Positions 1-9,230 of a stretch of DNA of 53,213 bases are shown in pieces. The position numbers and the translations under genes were made by a program. Position 1 is the first letter of the stretch. Each line of letters begins with the position of its first letter. Below the pieces are notes generated by a model, which saw only the letters and a list, made by a program, of their open reading frames with translations, was not told the DNA's origin and did no database searches. This stretch comes from an uncultured Mycobacteriales bacterium (GTDB lineage: Bacteria; Actinomycetota; Actinomycetes; Mycobacteriales; CADCTP01), in the NCBI GenBank assembly GCA_902805565.1, contig CADCTP010000412.1, forward strand, positions 1-53,213, given 5' to 3'.

Positions 1-25
1 GGGTTTCAGTGCCGGCCGGTTCCGG

Positions 26-868
26 TCAGCGCAGGCGGGTCAGCTGGACGGCGACGCCCAGGGACTCGGCGGCGGGGCCCGAGTAGATGCCGGCCAGCGG
101 CCGTACGTCGGAGTAGTCCCGGCCCCGGGCGACCAGCACGTGCCGCTCGGCGACCTCGGCCAGGCTGGAGGGGTCCAGCGGCACCCAGTCGCCGGCCCAG
201 AACTCCACCCAGGCGTGGCTCTCCGCGGACACCGGCTCGTCGAGGTGGGCGTCCCGGCTCGGGTGCAGGTAGCCGGAGACGTACCGGGCCGGCAGCCCGG
301 CCGAGCGCAGCAGCGCCAGCGCCAGGTGCGTGAAGTCCTGGCAGACGCCCTTGCCCAGCGCGCGGGCCTCGGCCGAGGTGGTGCCGACCGAGGTCGCGCC
401 GCGGACGTAGTCGAGGTTCTCGTGCACCCAGCGCACCGCGGCCCGCCCGGTCTCCAGCGGCGAGCCGGCCGAGCGCAGCTCGACGGCGACCGCGTCGACC
501 TCGTCCTCGGCCACCACGTACCGGGACGGGGCGAGCAGCTCGCTGAACTCGTCGGTGACCCGCGGGTCGGCCAGCGCCGCCCAGCCCGGGTCCGGCGGGT
601 CCGGCCGCGGCCCGGCCGTCTCCACCACCGAGGTCGCGGTGACCATCAGCTCGGTGTGCGGGACGTGCACGTCGAACGCGTGCACCTGGGTGCCCCAGTA
701 GTCGACGTACCGCAGGGTGCGGGCCTCCGGGCGGATCTCCAGCCGGCTGGTCAGCAGGTGCTGCCCGGAGGAGGTCGCGGGGGTCATCCGCACCTCGTTG
801 TACGACGCGCGCGCCGGCGAGCCGTACTGGTAGCCGGTCCGGTGCCGGACCGCGATCCGCCAGCTCAC
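26..868 (-). CDS. transglutaminase-like family protein (bacterial transglutaminase N domain + core)
   Basis: 280-aa ORF. The N-terminus MSWRIAVRHRTGYQY is typical of Bact_transglu_N. The Cys/His/Asp core is readable as GVCQDF, SHAWVEFW and PLDPS. It lies 100 nt downstream of the alpha-E gene on the same strand. Confidence 0.85.
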   Translation of the reverse strand: MSWRIAVRHRTGYQYGSPARASYNEVRMTPATSSGQHLLTSRLEIRPEARTLRYVDYWGTQVHAFDVHVPHTELMVTATSVVETAGPRPDPPDPGWAALADPRVTDEFSELLAPSRYVVAEDEVDAVAVELRSAGSPLETGRAAVRWVHENLDYVRGATSVGTTSAEARALGKGVCQDFTHLALALLRSAGLPARYVSGYLHPSRDAHLDEPVSAESHAWVEFWAGDWVPLDPSSLAEVAERHVLVARGRDYSDVRPLAGIYSGPAAESLGVAVQLTRLR

Positions 869-968
869 GGTGCCGCCCCTCGTTCGCCTCGTCGGTCGTT
901 CCGCTCCTCGGGCGACCGCGGGGCGAGCCGTCGTGCGGGGGCCCTGCGGTGCTCGCTCCCTCGTCGGC

Positions 969-1946
969 TCACGGTGCCGCCCCCCGTCCGCCGGGGGAGC
1001 CGGCGGTGCTCCACTCGGCCTCCTCCCGGCTCCAGCCGACCATCTCCGAGCTGCCGAAGTAGCGCCGGGCCACCGACTCGCTGACGTCCGACACCCCGCG
1101 CTGGATCGACTGCAGCCGCTCCGGCAGCCCCTCCAGCAACTGCTCGGAGGACAGGAACTCCAGGTCGGTCCGGACCCGGCCGATCAGCCGGCGGGCGTCG
1201 TCGCCGTGCCCGAGCCGGCCCGAGTTCGGCTCCAGCCGGGACAGCGCCTCCTCCGCGACGCTCAGCGCGTGCAGCACCGAGCGCGGGAACAGCCGGTCCA
1301 GCATGAGGAACTCCAGCACCAGCCGGGTCTCCAGCGCCCGCTGGTACGTCCGCAGGTACGCCTCGTGGGCCGAGCAGGCCCGCAGCGTGGTGACCCAGTG
1401 GTCGCCGCCCCGGGTCGGGGTGCCGATCGCGGCCGCCAGCAGCCGGGCGGTCATGTCGGCGCGCTCCAGCGACCGGCCGAGGGCGAGGAAGTCGTAGCCG
1501 GCGTCCCGGCTGATCGTCGAGGCGACGTAGCCGGACAGCGTGGCCGAGCGCTGCCGGACGTAGGAGAAGAACGGCGCCGGGCCGAACTGGCGGGCCGCCG
1601 ACACCCGCCGCGGCAGCTCCAGGTGGGTGGCGTTGAGGCACTCCCAGATCTCGCCGGAGACCGCCTCCCGCACTCCCCGGGCGTTCTCCCGGGCCGCGGA
1701 CAGCGACCCGGCGATCGAGCTGGGGTTGTCCCCGTCGTACGCGAGCAGGTCCAGCACCTCGCGCATCGTCGCCGGCCCCTGCCGCAGCCCCATCACGGTG
1801 CCGACCACCCGGCAGGTGTCGCCCTCGTCGACCGCCGGGTCGACGATGATCTGGTGGAAGTGCACGTCGAGCAGTCGCGCGGTGTCCTCGGCCCGCTCGG
1901 CGTACCGGCCGATCCAGAACAGCGCCTCCGCGGTCCGGCTCAGCAC
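969..1946 (-). CDS. alpha-E domain-containing protein
   Basis: This is the C-terminal 325 codons of track ORF 969..3299. The GTG at 1946 gives VLSRTAEALFWIGRYAERAEDTARLLDV, the characteristic alpha-E start. The start overlaps the stop of the upstream ATP-grasp gene (GTGCTGA). Confidence 0.85.
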   Translation of the reverse strand: MLSRTAEALFWIGRYAERAEDTARLLDVHFHQIIVDPAVDEGDTCRVVGTVMGLRQGPATMREVLDLLAYDGDNPSSIAGSLSAARENARGVREAVSGEIWECLNATHLELPRRVSAARQFGPAPFFSYVRQRSATLSGYVASTISRDAGYDFLALGRSLERADMTARLLAAAIGTPTRGGDHWVTTLRACSAHEAYLRTYQRALETRLVLEFLMLDRLFPRSVLHALSVAEEALSRLEPNSGRLGHGDDARRLIGRVRTDLEFLSSEQLLEGLPERLQSIQRGVSDVSESVARRYFGSSEMVGWSREEAEWSTAGSPGGRGAAP

Positions 1947-3496
1947 CGCGCGCCCCGGGACTGCTGTTGCTGCTGGGCCTGCTCGGTGCCCGGACCCGGG
2001 TCCGGCGCGTCGGCCTGCAGGGCGCTGGGCAGCAGCTCGACCGGCGGGTCGGCGGTCAGCGGCCGGGGCCGCGAGGTCAGCACCCAGGTGTCCTTGGAAC
2101 CGCCGCCCTGGGAGGAGTTCACCACCAGGCTGCCCTCCCGCAGCGCGACCCGGGTCAGCCCGCCGGGCAGCACCCGCACCCGCTCGCCGTCGTTGGTCGC
2201 GAACGGCCGCAGGTCCACGTGCCGCGGGGCGAGGACCTCGCCGTCCTGGGACGGCACGGTGGACAGCAGCACCAGCTCCTGGGCCACGTACGCGCGGGGC
2301 AGCGCCCGCACCTTGGCCGCGATGTCGGCCAGCTCCGCGTCGGTGGCCTGCGGGCCGATCACGATGCCGTGCCCGCCGGACCCGTCCACCGGCTTGAACA
2401 CCAGCTGGTCGGCCCGGTCCAGGCAGTGGGCCAGCACGTCCGGGTCGTCCAGCCGGAAGGTCGGCACGTTGGGCAGCAGCGGCGTCTCGCCGAGGTAGTA
2501 CTCGATGAGCTCCGGCACGTAGGTGTAGACGAGCTTGTCGTCGGCGACGCCGTTGCCGATCGCGTTGGCCAGCGTGACGTTGCCGGCGCGGGCGGCGTTG
2601 ACCAGGCCGGGGCAGCCGATCATCGAGTCGCCGCGGAAGTGCACCGGGTCCAGGTAGTCGTCGTCGATACGCCGGTAGACCACGTCCACCCGGCGCTGCC
2701 CGCTGGTGGTCCGCATGTAGAGCACGTTGTCCCGGCAGACCAGGTCCCGGCCCTCGACCAGCTCGATGCCCATCTTGCGGGCCAGGAACGCGTGCTCGAA
2801 GTACGCCGAGTTGTGCACGCCCGGGGTCAGCAGGACCACGGTCGGGTCGGTCACCCCGCCCGGCGCCGACGCCCGCAGCGAGTCCAGCATCGTCGCGACG
2901 TAGTTGGCCACCGGCTGGACCTGCTGCTCCAGGAACAGCCCCGGGAAGACCCGGGTCAACGCCTCCCGGTTCTCCACCACGTACGAGATCCCGGACGGCA
3001 CCCGCAGGTTGTCCTCCAGCACCCGCATCATGCCGTCGGAGCCGCGGACCAGGTCGATGCCGGCCAGGTGGACGCGCACCCCGTTCGGCGGGCTGATGCC
3101 GGCGGCGGCCCGGGCGTAGTGCTGGCTGGTCATCACCAGGGAGTGCGGGACGACGCGATCGGCGAGCACCTGGCGGGTGCCGTACAGGTCGGCCAGGAAC
3201 GCCTCCAGCGCCCGCACCCGCTGGGCCACCCCGGCCTCGATGTGCTCCCACTCCTGCTCCGGGATGAGGCGTGGGATCAGGTCCAGCGGGAAGACCCACT
3301 CCCGCCCGGAGGAGGAGAAGGTGATGCCCTGTTCGAGGAAGCTGCGGGCCCGGGCCGCGCCGCGCTCGGTCAGGTCCGCCGCGGACAGTAGCTGGAGTGC
3401 CTCGTAGAGCGACTTGGTGTGCGCGTGCGGCACCCCGTCCGCGTCGACCATCTCGTCGAACGCGGAGCTGCGATATCCCGCGAGCAGTCCCTCCAC
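1940..3496 (-). CDS. circularly permuted type-2 ATP-grasp protein
   Basis: 518-aa ORF with realistic composition. It has the family-typical stretches GITFSSSGREWVFPLDLIPR, LEDNLRVPSGISYVVENR and FKPVDGSGGHGIVIGP. It is the first gene of the ATP-grasp/alpha-E/transglutaminase operon. Confidence 0.9.
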   Translation of the reverse strand: MEGLLAGYRSSAFDEMVDADGVPHAHTKSLYEALQLLSAADLTERGAARARSFLEQGITFSSSGREWVFPLDLIPRLIPEQEWEHIEAGVAQRVRALEAFLADLYGTRQVLADRVVPHSLVMTSQHYARAAAGISPPNGVRVHLAGIDLVRGSDGMMRVLEDNLRVPSGISYVVENREALTRVFPGLFLEQQVQPVANYVATMLDSLRASAPGGVTDPTVVLLTPGVHNSAYFEHAFLARKMGIELVEGRDLVCRDNVLYMRTTSGQRRVDVVYRRIDDDYLDPVHFRGDSMIGCPGLVNAARAGNVTLANAIGNGVADDKLVYTYVPELIEYYLGETPLLPNVPTFRLDDPDVLAHCLDRADQLVFKPVDGSGGHGIVIGPQATDAELADIAAKVRALPRAYVAQELVLLSTVPSQDGEVLAPRHVDLRPFATNDGERVRVLPGGLTRVALREGSLVVNSSQGGGSKDTWVLTSRPRPLTADPPVELLPSALQADAPDPGPGTEQAQQQQQSRGARC

Positions 3497-3575
3497 GGGG
3501 GTCTTCCTACCCCGATCCTGTTACGGGGACTTTGCGTAACGTTCCAGTAATCCGCCTGCGGCACGCTGGAGGGCT

Positions 3576-4454
3576 ATGGAACCCCGTCGTCAGGTCCGCG
3601 TGGGCTGCGAATTCCGCTACACCGCGGCGATCGACACCCCGGCCGTCTTCCAGGTGCAGCCGTACGACGCCGGGCCCGCCGTGGTGCGCACCCAGACGTG
3701 GTCGGGGGAGCCCGAGGTGCTCCGGCACGGCTACTCCGACCTCTACGGCAACCCCTGCCAGCGGCTCACCCTGCCCGCCGGGTCCGCCACGCTGCGCTTC
3801 GACGCCCTGGTCACCGTCCCGGACGCCACCGAGGAGGTGAACCCGGACGCCCGCGAGTCGCCGGTCGCCGACCTGCCGGACGAGGTGCTGCTCTACACGC
3901 TGCCCAGCCGGTACGTGCTGTCCGACGAGCTCGGCGACCACGCCTGGGACACCTTCGGCTCGACCCCGCCCGGGTACGGCCGGGTGCAGGCGGTCCTGGA
4001 CCACGTCCACGACTCGCTGACCTTCCGCTACGGCGCCAGCTCCGCGACCACCACCGCGGTCGACGTCTGGACCGCCAAGGAGGGGGTCTGCCGCGACTTC
4101 GCCCACGTCTCGCTGAGCTTCCTGCGCGCGCTCAACATCCCGGCCCGGTACGTCTTCGGCTACCTGCCGGACCTGGACGTGCCGCCGGCGGGCGAGCCGA
4201 TGGACTTCGCCGCCTGGATCGAGGTCTGGCTGGACGGCACCTGGTACACCTTCGACCCCCGCAACAACACGCCCCGCAAGGGCCGGGTGCTCATCGGCCG
4301 CGGCCGGGACGCCTTGGACGTGGCCATGGTGACCACGTACGGCGGGCCGGTGCTGGAGTCCATGGTGGTCTGGGCCGAGGAGACCGGGACGGACCCCACG
4401 CCGCTGCCACCGGCCCGGGGCGAGCTGGTCGCCGATCCCGGGGCGGCGCCGTGA
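3576..4454 (+). CDS. transglutaminase family protein (catalytic His position substituted)
   Basis: 292-aa ORF divergent from the ATP-grasp gene. The core Cys motif is EGVCRDF. The usual S-H-A-W position reads DFAAWIEVW (Ala instead of His). The Asp is in TFDPRN. Confidence 0.85.
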   Translation: MEPRRQVRVGCEFRYTAAIDTPAVFQVQPYDAGPAVVRTQTWSGEPEVLRHGYSDLYGNPCQRLTLPAGSATLRFDALVTVPDATEEVNPDARESPVADLPDEVLLYTLPSRYVLSDELGDHAWDTFGSTPPGYGRVQAVLDHVHDSLTFRYGASSATTTAVDVWTAKEGVCRDFAHVSLSFLRALNIPARYVFGYLPDLDVPPAGEPMDFAAWIEVWLDGTWYTFDPRNNTPRKGRVLIGRGRDALDVAMVTTYGGPVLESMVVWAEETGTDPTPLPPARGELVADPGAAP

Positions 4455-5362
4455 CGGGCTGGCTCGACCGGCCCCTGCTCGACCTGGACGCCGTCGACCT
4501 GGACGGCGCGGAGTCGGTCACGTACCTGCTCCACCAGGTCTTCCGCTACGACTACGACGGACCGGCGTACGACGTGCGGCAGCGGCTGGTCGCCCTGCCG
4601 CGCCCCCGGCACGGCAACTTCCACCGCCGGGCCCAGCACGTGCAGGTCGCCGACCCCGGCGGGGTGCTCGGTCGCCCGCACGCGGCGACCGACCCGGTCG
4701 GCAACGCGGTGGTCGAGGTGGAGCTGCCGACCGTGCCGGTGTCGGTCGAGTTCACCCTGGCCGCGCTGGTCGAGCGGGTCGGCCCGCCGGCGGACGCGGT
4801 GCTGCCGGCGGCGGCGCTGACCGACCCGCGGCACCTGGTGCCGACCCGGCTGACCAGCCCCGACCACCGGCTCTGGGACCTGGCCGAGGAGCTGCGCCGG
4901 GCGTACCCGCAGGCCCCGGCGCTGGCCGAGGCGCTGTGCCGGCGGCTGCGGGCGGAGTTCACCTTCGAGCTCGACTCGACCTCGGTGTCCACCACCGCGG
5001 CGGAGGCGTACGGGCTGCGGCACGGGGTCTGCCAGGACTTCGCGCACGTGATGCTCACCGTCTGCCGCGCCGCCGGCATCCCGGCCCGGTACGTCTCCGG
5101 GCACCTGCTGGGGGAGCACGGCGGCAGCCACGCCTGGGTGGAGGTGCTGGTGCCCGACCCGGCGGGGGCCCGCGCGCTGGCCTTCGACCCGACGAACGGC
5201 TCCCGGGCCGGCGCCCGGCACCTGCCGGTCGCCGTCGGCCGCGACTACGCCGACGTGGCCCCCACCAGCGGCGTCTACTCCGGCCCGGCGCGGGGCGCGC
5301 TGACCTGGACCAAGCGGGCCGGCGTCACCGCGGTCACCCGCGACCTGGTGCTAGAGCGCTGA
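4451..5362 (+). CDS. transglutaminase family protein
   Basis: The GTG at 4451 overlaps the upstream stop (GTGA). The gene is 303 aa. The N-terminus YLLHQVFRYDYDGPAYDV resembles Bact_transglu_N. The core reads HGVCQDF, SHAWVEVL and FDPTNG. Confidence 0.85.
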   Translation: MTGWLDRPLLDLDAVDLDGAESVTYLLHQVFRYDYDGPAYDVRQRLVALPRPRHGNFHRRAQHVQVADPGGVLGRPHAATDPVGNAVVEVELPTVPVSVEFTLAALVERVGPPADAVLPAAALTDPRHLVPTRLTSPDHRLWDLAEELRRAYPQAPALAEALCRRLRAEFTFELDSTSVSTTAAEAYGLRHGVCQDFAHVMLTVCRAAGIPARYVSGHLLGEHGGSHAWVEVLVPDPAGARALAFDPTNGSRAGARHLPVAVGRDYADVAPTSGVYSGPARGALTWTKRAGVTAVTRDLVLER

Positions 5363-6385
5363 GACCGCGGCGTCCCGGGCGGCGATGGCGGCGCCGCGGG
5401 CGCCGGCCATGTCCCGGTCCGGGACCAGCTCCAGGGTGGCCACGGCCCGCTGCTCGGCCCGCAGCCCGGTGTGCGCCCGGACCCGCTCCAGGAACCACTC
5501 GCGGAAGGCCGGCGCCGCCTCCACCACCCCGCCGCCCAGGAAGTACGCGTGCGGGTCGGTGAAGTTCGCCGCGATCGTGAACAGCCGGCCCAGCGCGGCC
5601 GCCTGCTGCTCGAAGACCGCCAGCGCCAGCTCGTCGCCGGCCTCGCCCAGCCCGCGCACCTTCCGCGCGGCCTCGCCGATCGGCAGGACGGCCAGCGGGT
5701 GCCCGGGATAGCGGGTCAGCCAGTACGGCAGCAGGCTCTTCACGATGCCGGTCAGCGAGGCCACGCTCTCCGCGTCGCCGACGAAGCCGCAGTTGCAGAC
5801 GGGCAGCGGCTGGTCCTCGGCCAGCAGCCCGTGCATCGGGATCTGCACGTGCCCCAGCTCGCCGGCCATCCCGGCCGCCCCCTGCACCACCCGGCCGCTC
5901 TCCACCACGCCGCCGCCGAGGCCGGTGCCGACGATGGCGGCCACCGAGGAGCGCCGGTCGGCGTCCGCGCCGAAGTGGGCGTGGTGCGCGTACAGCGCGG
6001 CCGCGTTGGCGTCGTTGGTGTAGACCACCGGCAGCCGGAGCCGCTCGGCCAGCGCCGTGCGGATGTCGAAGCCGCGCCATTCCGGCTGGCTGAAGTTCGT
6101 CGCGCCGCGGGAGGCGATGACACCGTCCGCGCTGGCCGGGCCGGGGGTGTCCAGGCCGACCGCGACGACCGCGGTCCGCGGCACGGCGGTGCGGGCCAGC
6201 ACCCCGTCCAGGGCGGTCTCCAGCGCGCTCAGCGTGGCCGCCGGCCCCTCCAGCACCCGGCTGGGGATCTCGACCAGCTCGTCGACCAGGAACGTGCCGG
6301 AGCCGTCCAGGACGGTCGCGTTGGTGGACGTGCCGCCGATGTCGAGCCCGACGACCACACCGGGACTGACTGACGCTGGGGACAT
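5351..6385 (-). CDS. ROK family sugar kinase
   Basis: The ATG at 6385 gives MSPASVSPGVVVGLDIGGTSTN (ATP-binding DxGGT). ROK signature stretches are AAIVGTGLGGGVV, AGELGH and a CNCGFVGDAES zinc-motif region. The longer track ORF (to 6802) has an implausible Arg-rich N-terminus. Confidence 0.85.
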   Translation of the reverse strand: MSPASVSPGVVVGLDIGGTSTNATVLDGSGTFLVDELVEIPSRVLEGPAATLSALETALDGVLARTAVPRTAVVAVGLDTPGPASADGVIASRGATNFSQPEWRGFDIRTALAERLRLPVVYTNDANAAALYAHHAHFGADADRRSSVAAIVGTGLGGGVVESGRVVQGAAGMAGELGHVQIPMHGLLAEDQPLPVCNCGFVGDAESVASLTGIVKSLLPYWLTRYPGHPLAVLPIGEAARKVRGLGEAGDELALAVFEQQAAALGRLFTIAANFTDPHAYFLGGGVVEAAPAFREWFLERVRAHTGLRAEQRAVATLELVPDRDMAGARGAAIAARDAAVSAL

Positions 6386-6606
6386 GACACCTCGCTGCGG
6401 TGCGGTCGGGCGGTCGCCGACGGGACGACCTGCCGGCAGTGTCGCAGGACACCCGTGCCGGACCCATCCGGGTCGCCAGGAAGCAGACCGCCCGCCCGAT
6501 CCACCGGTGTCCCGGCGGATCGGACGGGCGTCGACCGTGTCGGCCCTCCGGTCGTCTTGCGGTACGCCGTTCGGCTCTCTACGGTTGTGTCGAGCCGCGG
6601 GCGGCG

Positions 6607-6750
6607 TCAGTTCTTGCCGATCACCCACCAGCAACCGCCGCAGATGGCGGTGTCCTGCTGGGCAGAGGCAGGCGTCGCGGTCGCGACCTGGACGGCGGCG
6701 GCGGCACCGAGGGCGACGGCGGCGGCGAGAAGGGCACGGACGAACTTCAC
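6607..6750 (-). CDS. small secreted peptide (47 aa; predicted mature 17-mer QQDTAICGGCWWVIGKN)
   Basis: The GTG at 6750 is preceded by AGGAGA with a 5-nt spacer (acAGGAGAtgccGTG). The product is VKFVRALLAAAVALGAAAAVQVATATPASA/QQDTAICGGCWWVIGKN. It has a classic n-h-c signal peptide with an A-S-A cleavage motif and GC-rich third positions. Confidence 0.55.
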   Translation of the reverse strand: MKFVRALLAAAVALGAAAAVQVATATPASAQQDTAICGGCWWVIGKN

Positions 6751-7283
6751 GGCATCTCCTGTATCGGCGAGGGTTTGGGGTTTGCGAGGTCGGACATAGC
6801 ATGCCATGAGTTGTCCGCTTCCGGTCACTTGTCAGTTTTGGCGATATCCGCCGTCCGCGACCGGTCGTGATCGAGACCCCCCGCTTTCGGGCACTCCGTG
6901 GCCGGTTCCGGACACCGCTCTGTCCGAGGACTGCCCACTCGTCCGGTTGCGGGTGGCCGGCCCGGCCGGGAACGGTCAGCCGGGGCCGGGGCTCTTGCCC
7001 TGATCACGGCCCGTGTCGCACGGTCATCGGGTCCGGGGTTCCCGCCCGTCGCCGCCCCCGTCCCGGTCGGGGCGCGGAGTCGGGCGCCCGGACCGCCGAC
7101 CGACCCGCTCGCGGGAAACCGGTCGACGTCCGCGGCCGGGCCCGGCCGGGCGTGTCCCCGCCCGGCCGGCCCGGACCCGGGCGTCGCCGGGATGCACCCT
7201 TGCGATGCGGGTCATCCCGCGTTGTCCGCATCGAGCTGCCCGGTTAGGGTCGGTGCCGTACCCGAGCGGGGGAGCGGCAATCG

Positions 7284-8261
7284 GTGACGTTGGAGATCCT
7301 CGGCCTGGACGGGCTGTCCGAGTCCGTCTACCGGGCGATGCTCGCCGATCCGGACGCGGACCTGGACGCGCTGGCCGCCCGACTCGGGGTGCCCGGCTCG
7401 GAGGTCCGTGAGGCCCTGCGCCGGCTCGTCGACCTGTCCCTGGTGACCGAGCGCTCGCCCGGGCGGATCTACGTCCCGGTCAACCCGGACGTCGCCCTGG
7501 ACGCGCTGCTGTCGCTGGAGCAGGCCGAGCTGACCCGGCGCGAGCGCCAGCTGCTGGAGGCCCGGGCCGAGCTGGCCCGGCTGGTCCGCAACACCGGGGA
7601 GAAGATCACCCCGGTCCGCGAGGTCCGCCGGATCGACGACCTGGACCGGGTGGTGGAGGTGCTGCGGGAGCTGCTGGCCCGCTGCTACCAGGAGATGCTC
7701 AACGTCGTCCCGGGTGCGCCGATCCCGCCGGACCTGCTGGCCGACACCGCCCCGCACGACATCGCCCTGCTCAAGCGCGGGGTCCGGTTCCGCACCCTGT
7801 ACACCCGGACCCAGCTCGCCGACGAGCCGATGCTCGAGTACATGCGGATGATGCGGCGGCACGGCGCCGAGATCCGGATCGCCGACACGCTGCCGCACCG
7901 GCTGGCGATCTTCGACCGGACGGTGTCGTTCCTGCCGGTCGACCCGCGCCGGCCGCGCAACGGCGCCCTGGTGGTGCGGGAGCCGGCGATCACGGCCAAC
8001 CTGGTGATGCTGTTCGAGTCGCTGTGGGCCGGTGCCCAGGACCTCGACGAGGCGCTGGAGGCCGGGGCCCCGGCCGCCTCCGACCTGGACCGCTCGGTGC
8101 TGATGCTGATGAGCAGCGGGGTCAAGGACGAGGCCGCCGCCCGGCAGCTCGGCATCTCCGACCGGACGTACCGGCGGCACGTGGCCGACATCATGGTCCG
8201 GCTCGGGGCGTCCAGCCGGTTCCAGGCCGGCGTCGAGGCGGTCCGCCGCGGCTGGCTGTAG
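7284..8261 (+). CDS. transcriptional regulator, TrmB-like N-terminal HTH plus LuxR-type C-terminal HTH
   Basis: 325-aa ORF starting at GTG. The C-terminus SGVKDEAAARQLGISDRTYRRHVADIMVRLGASSRFQAGVEA is a LuxR/GerE-type HTH. The N-terminus LSESVYRAMLADPDADLDALAARLGVPGSEVREALRRLVDLSLV looks like a winged HTH. Confidence 0.8.
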   Translation: MTLEILGLDGLSESVYRAMLADPDADLDALAARLGVPGSEVREALRRLVDLSLVTERSPGRIYVPVNPDVALDALLSLEQAELTRRERQLLEARAELARLVRNTGEKITPVREVRRIDDLDRVVEVLRELLARCYQEMLNVVPGAPIPPDLLADTAPHDIALLKRGVRFRTLYTRTQLADEPMLEYMRMMRRHGAEIRIADTLPHRLAIFDRTVSFLPVDPRRPRNGALVVREPAITANLVMLFESLWAGAQDLDEALEAGAPAASDLDRSVLMLMSSGVKDEAAARQLGISDRTYRRHVADIMVRLGASSRFQAGVEAVRRGWL

Positions 8262-8285
8262 CCGCGGCGGACCGCCCCGCGGCGA

Positions 8286-9092
8286 TCAGGCCGCGGCGCC
8301 CAGCAGGAGCGGCAGGTAGCCGAGGGAGTAGCCGTTGCGGTTGGGGTGGTACGAGTCCCCGACCGGGAAGGTCGTCCCGTTCAGGTACGGCGACCACGAG
8401 CAGATCCCGTGCCCGGCGTACGTGCTGCGGGCGTCGAGGTAGGTGCCGCCGGCCGCCGCCACCCGCTGCGCGGTGACCGAGGACAGCAGGTCCGCCGTGG
8501 CGTTGATCCGGCTCCGCTTGGCGTTGCCGACCTCGAACAGGCAGTTGATCCCGTTGACCTGGAACAGCTGCGGGTAGCCGAGCACCACCAGCCGGGCGTT
8601 CGGCGCCCGCGCCTTGATATCGGCGTAGATGGCGTCCAGCCGGCCCGGCAGCGTCCCGGTGACGAAGGCGTTGACCGAGTCCAGCTTGCTGAAGCAGGTC
8701 GCGTCCGAGCCGAGCTTGCAGGTCAGCACGGTGCCGACGAAGTCGGCGTCGTTGCCGCCCACGGTGATCGTGACCAGGTCGGTGCCGGCGTTCAGGGCGC
8801 CGAGCTGGCCGCTGCGGACCGAGGACGTGGTGGCCCCGGCGCAGGCGGCGAAGGTGAAGCTGGCGGTGCCCCGCTGGGCCGCCCAGAGCGCCGGGTACGC
8901 CCGGGACGAGCGCTGGCAGGAGATGTCGAGGTCGTAGGAGTTGGTGCCGGTTCCGGAGGAGTACGAGTCGCCGAGCGCGACGTAGTCCGTGGTCGGGCCG
9001 GCGAAGGCGGCCGAGGGTGAGACGGCGGCGGGCACCGCGACCAGGCCGGCGCTGAGGGCGACGGTGGCGAGCGCGCGCAGGAGGGATCGCAT
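8286..9092 (-). CDS. secreted SGNH/GDSL lipase/esterase
   Basis: It has a signal peptide (MRSLLRALATVALSAGLVAVPAAVSPSAAFA). Block I is YVALGDSYSSG, block III is ITVGGND, and block V is DSYHPN. Confidence 0.85.
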   Translation of the reverse strand: MRSLLRALATVALSAGLVAVPAAVSPSAAFAGPTTDYVALGDSYSSGTGTNSYDLDISCQRSSRAYPALWAAQRGTASFTFAACAGATTSSVRSGQLGALNAGTDLVTITVGGNDADFVGTVLTCKLGSDATCFSKLDSVNAFVTGTLPGRLDAIYADIKARAPNARLVVLGYPQLFQVNGINCLFEVGNAKRSRINATADLLSSVTAQRVAAAGGTYLDARSTYAGHGICSWSPYLNGTTFPVGDSYHPNRNGYSLGYLPLLLGAAA

Positions 9093-9230
9093 CGGTGGGG
9101 ACCTCCCGGTGGGGACGGGTCGGACCCTGAGGCCGAGGTGGCGACCCTCCGCGGTGGGGAAGTCTCCTCGTCAGGTGGCCGAACCGTAGCTGTGCCGCTT
9201 GCCCGGTAGGAATCCACCGAACGGGGGTAA

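Noticed and set aside
7244-7257. A shared TTAGG(G)TCGGTGCC element upstream of the LuxR-type gene (7244-7257) and of paaN (10564-10576); initially considered as an IdeR box because of TTAGGT
   Set aside because: Only the first 6 nt resemble the IdeR consensus (TTAGGTTAGGCTAACCTAA) and there is no dyad symmetry. The elements sit about 40 nt before the start codons and are more simply -10-like TAGGGT/TAGGT hexamers. Two occurrences are insufficient.
6751-7283. A 533-bp gap between the small peptide ORF and the LuxR-type gene, examined for a hidden gene, riboswitch or sRNA
   Set aside because: The track ORFs here (6806-7003, 6867-7247, 6898-7287, 7013-7411 and antisense ones) are Arg/Pro/Gly-rich without an RBS or motifs. 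I recognise no conserved riboswitch core by eye. It is left as an unusually long regulatory region, and a covariance-model scan (Rfam) would be needed.
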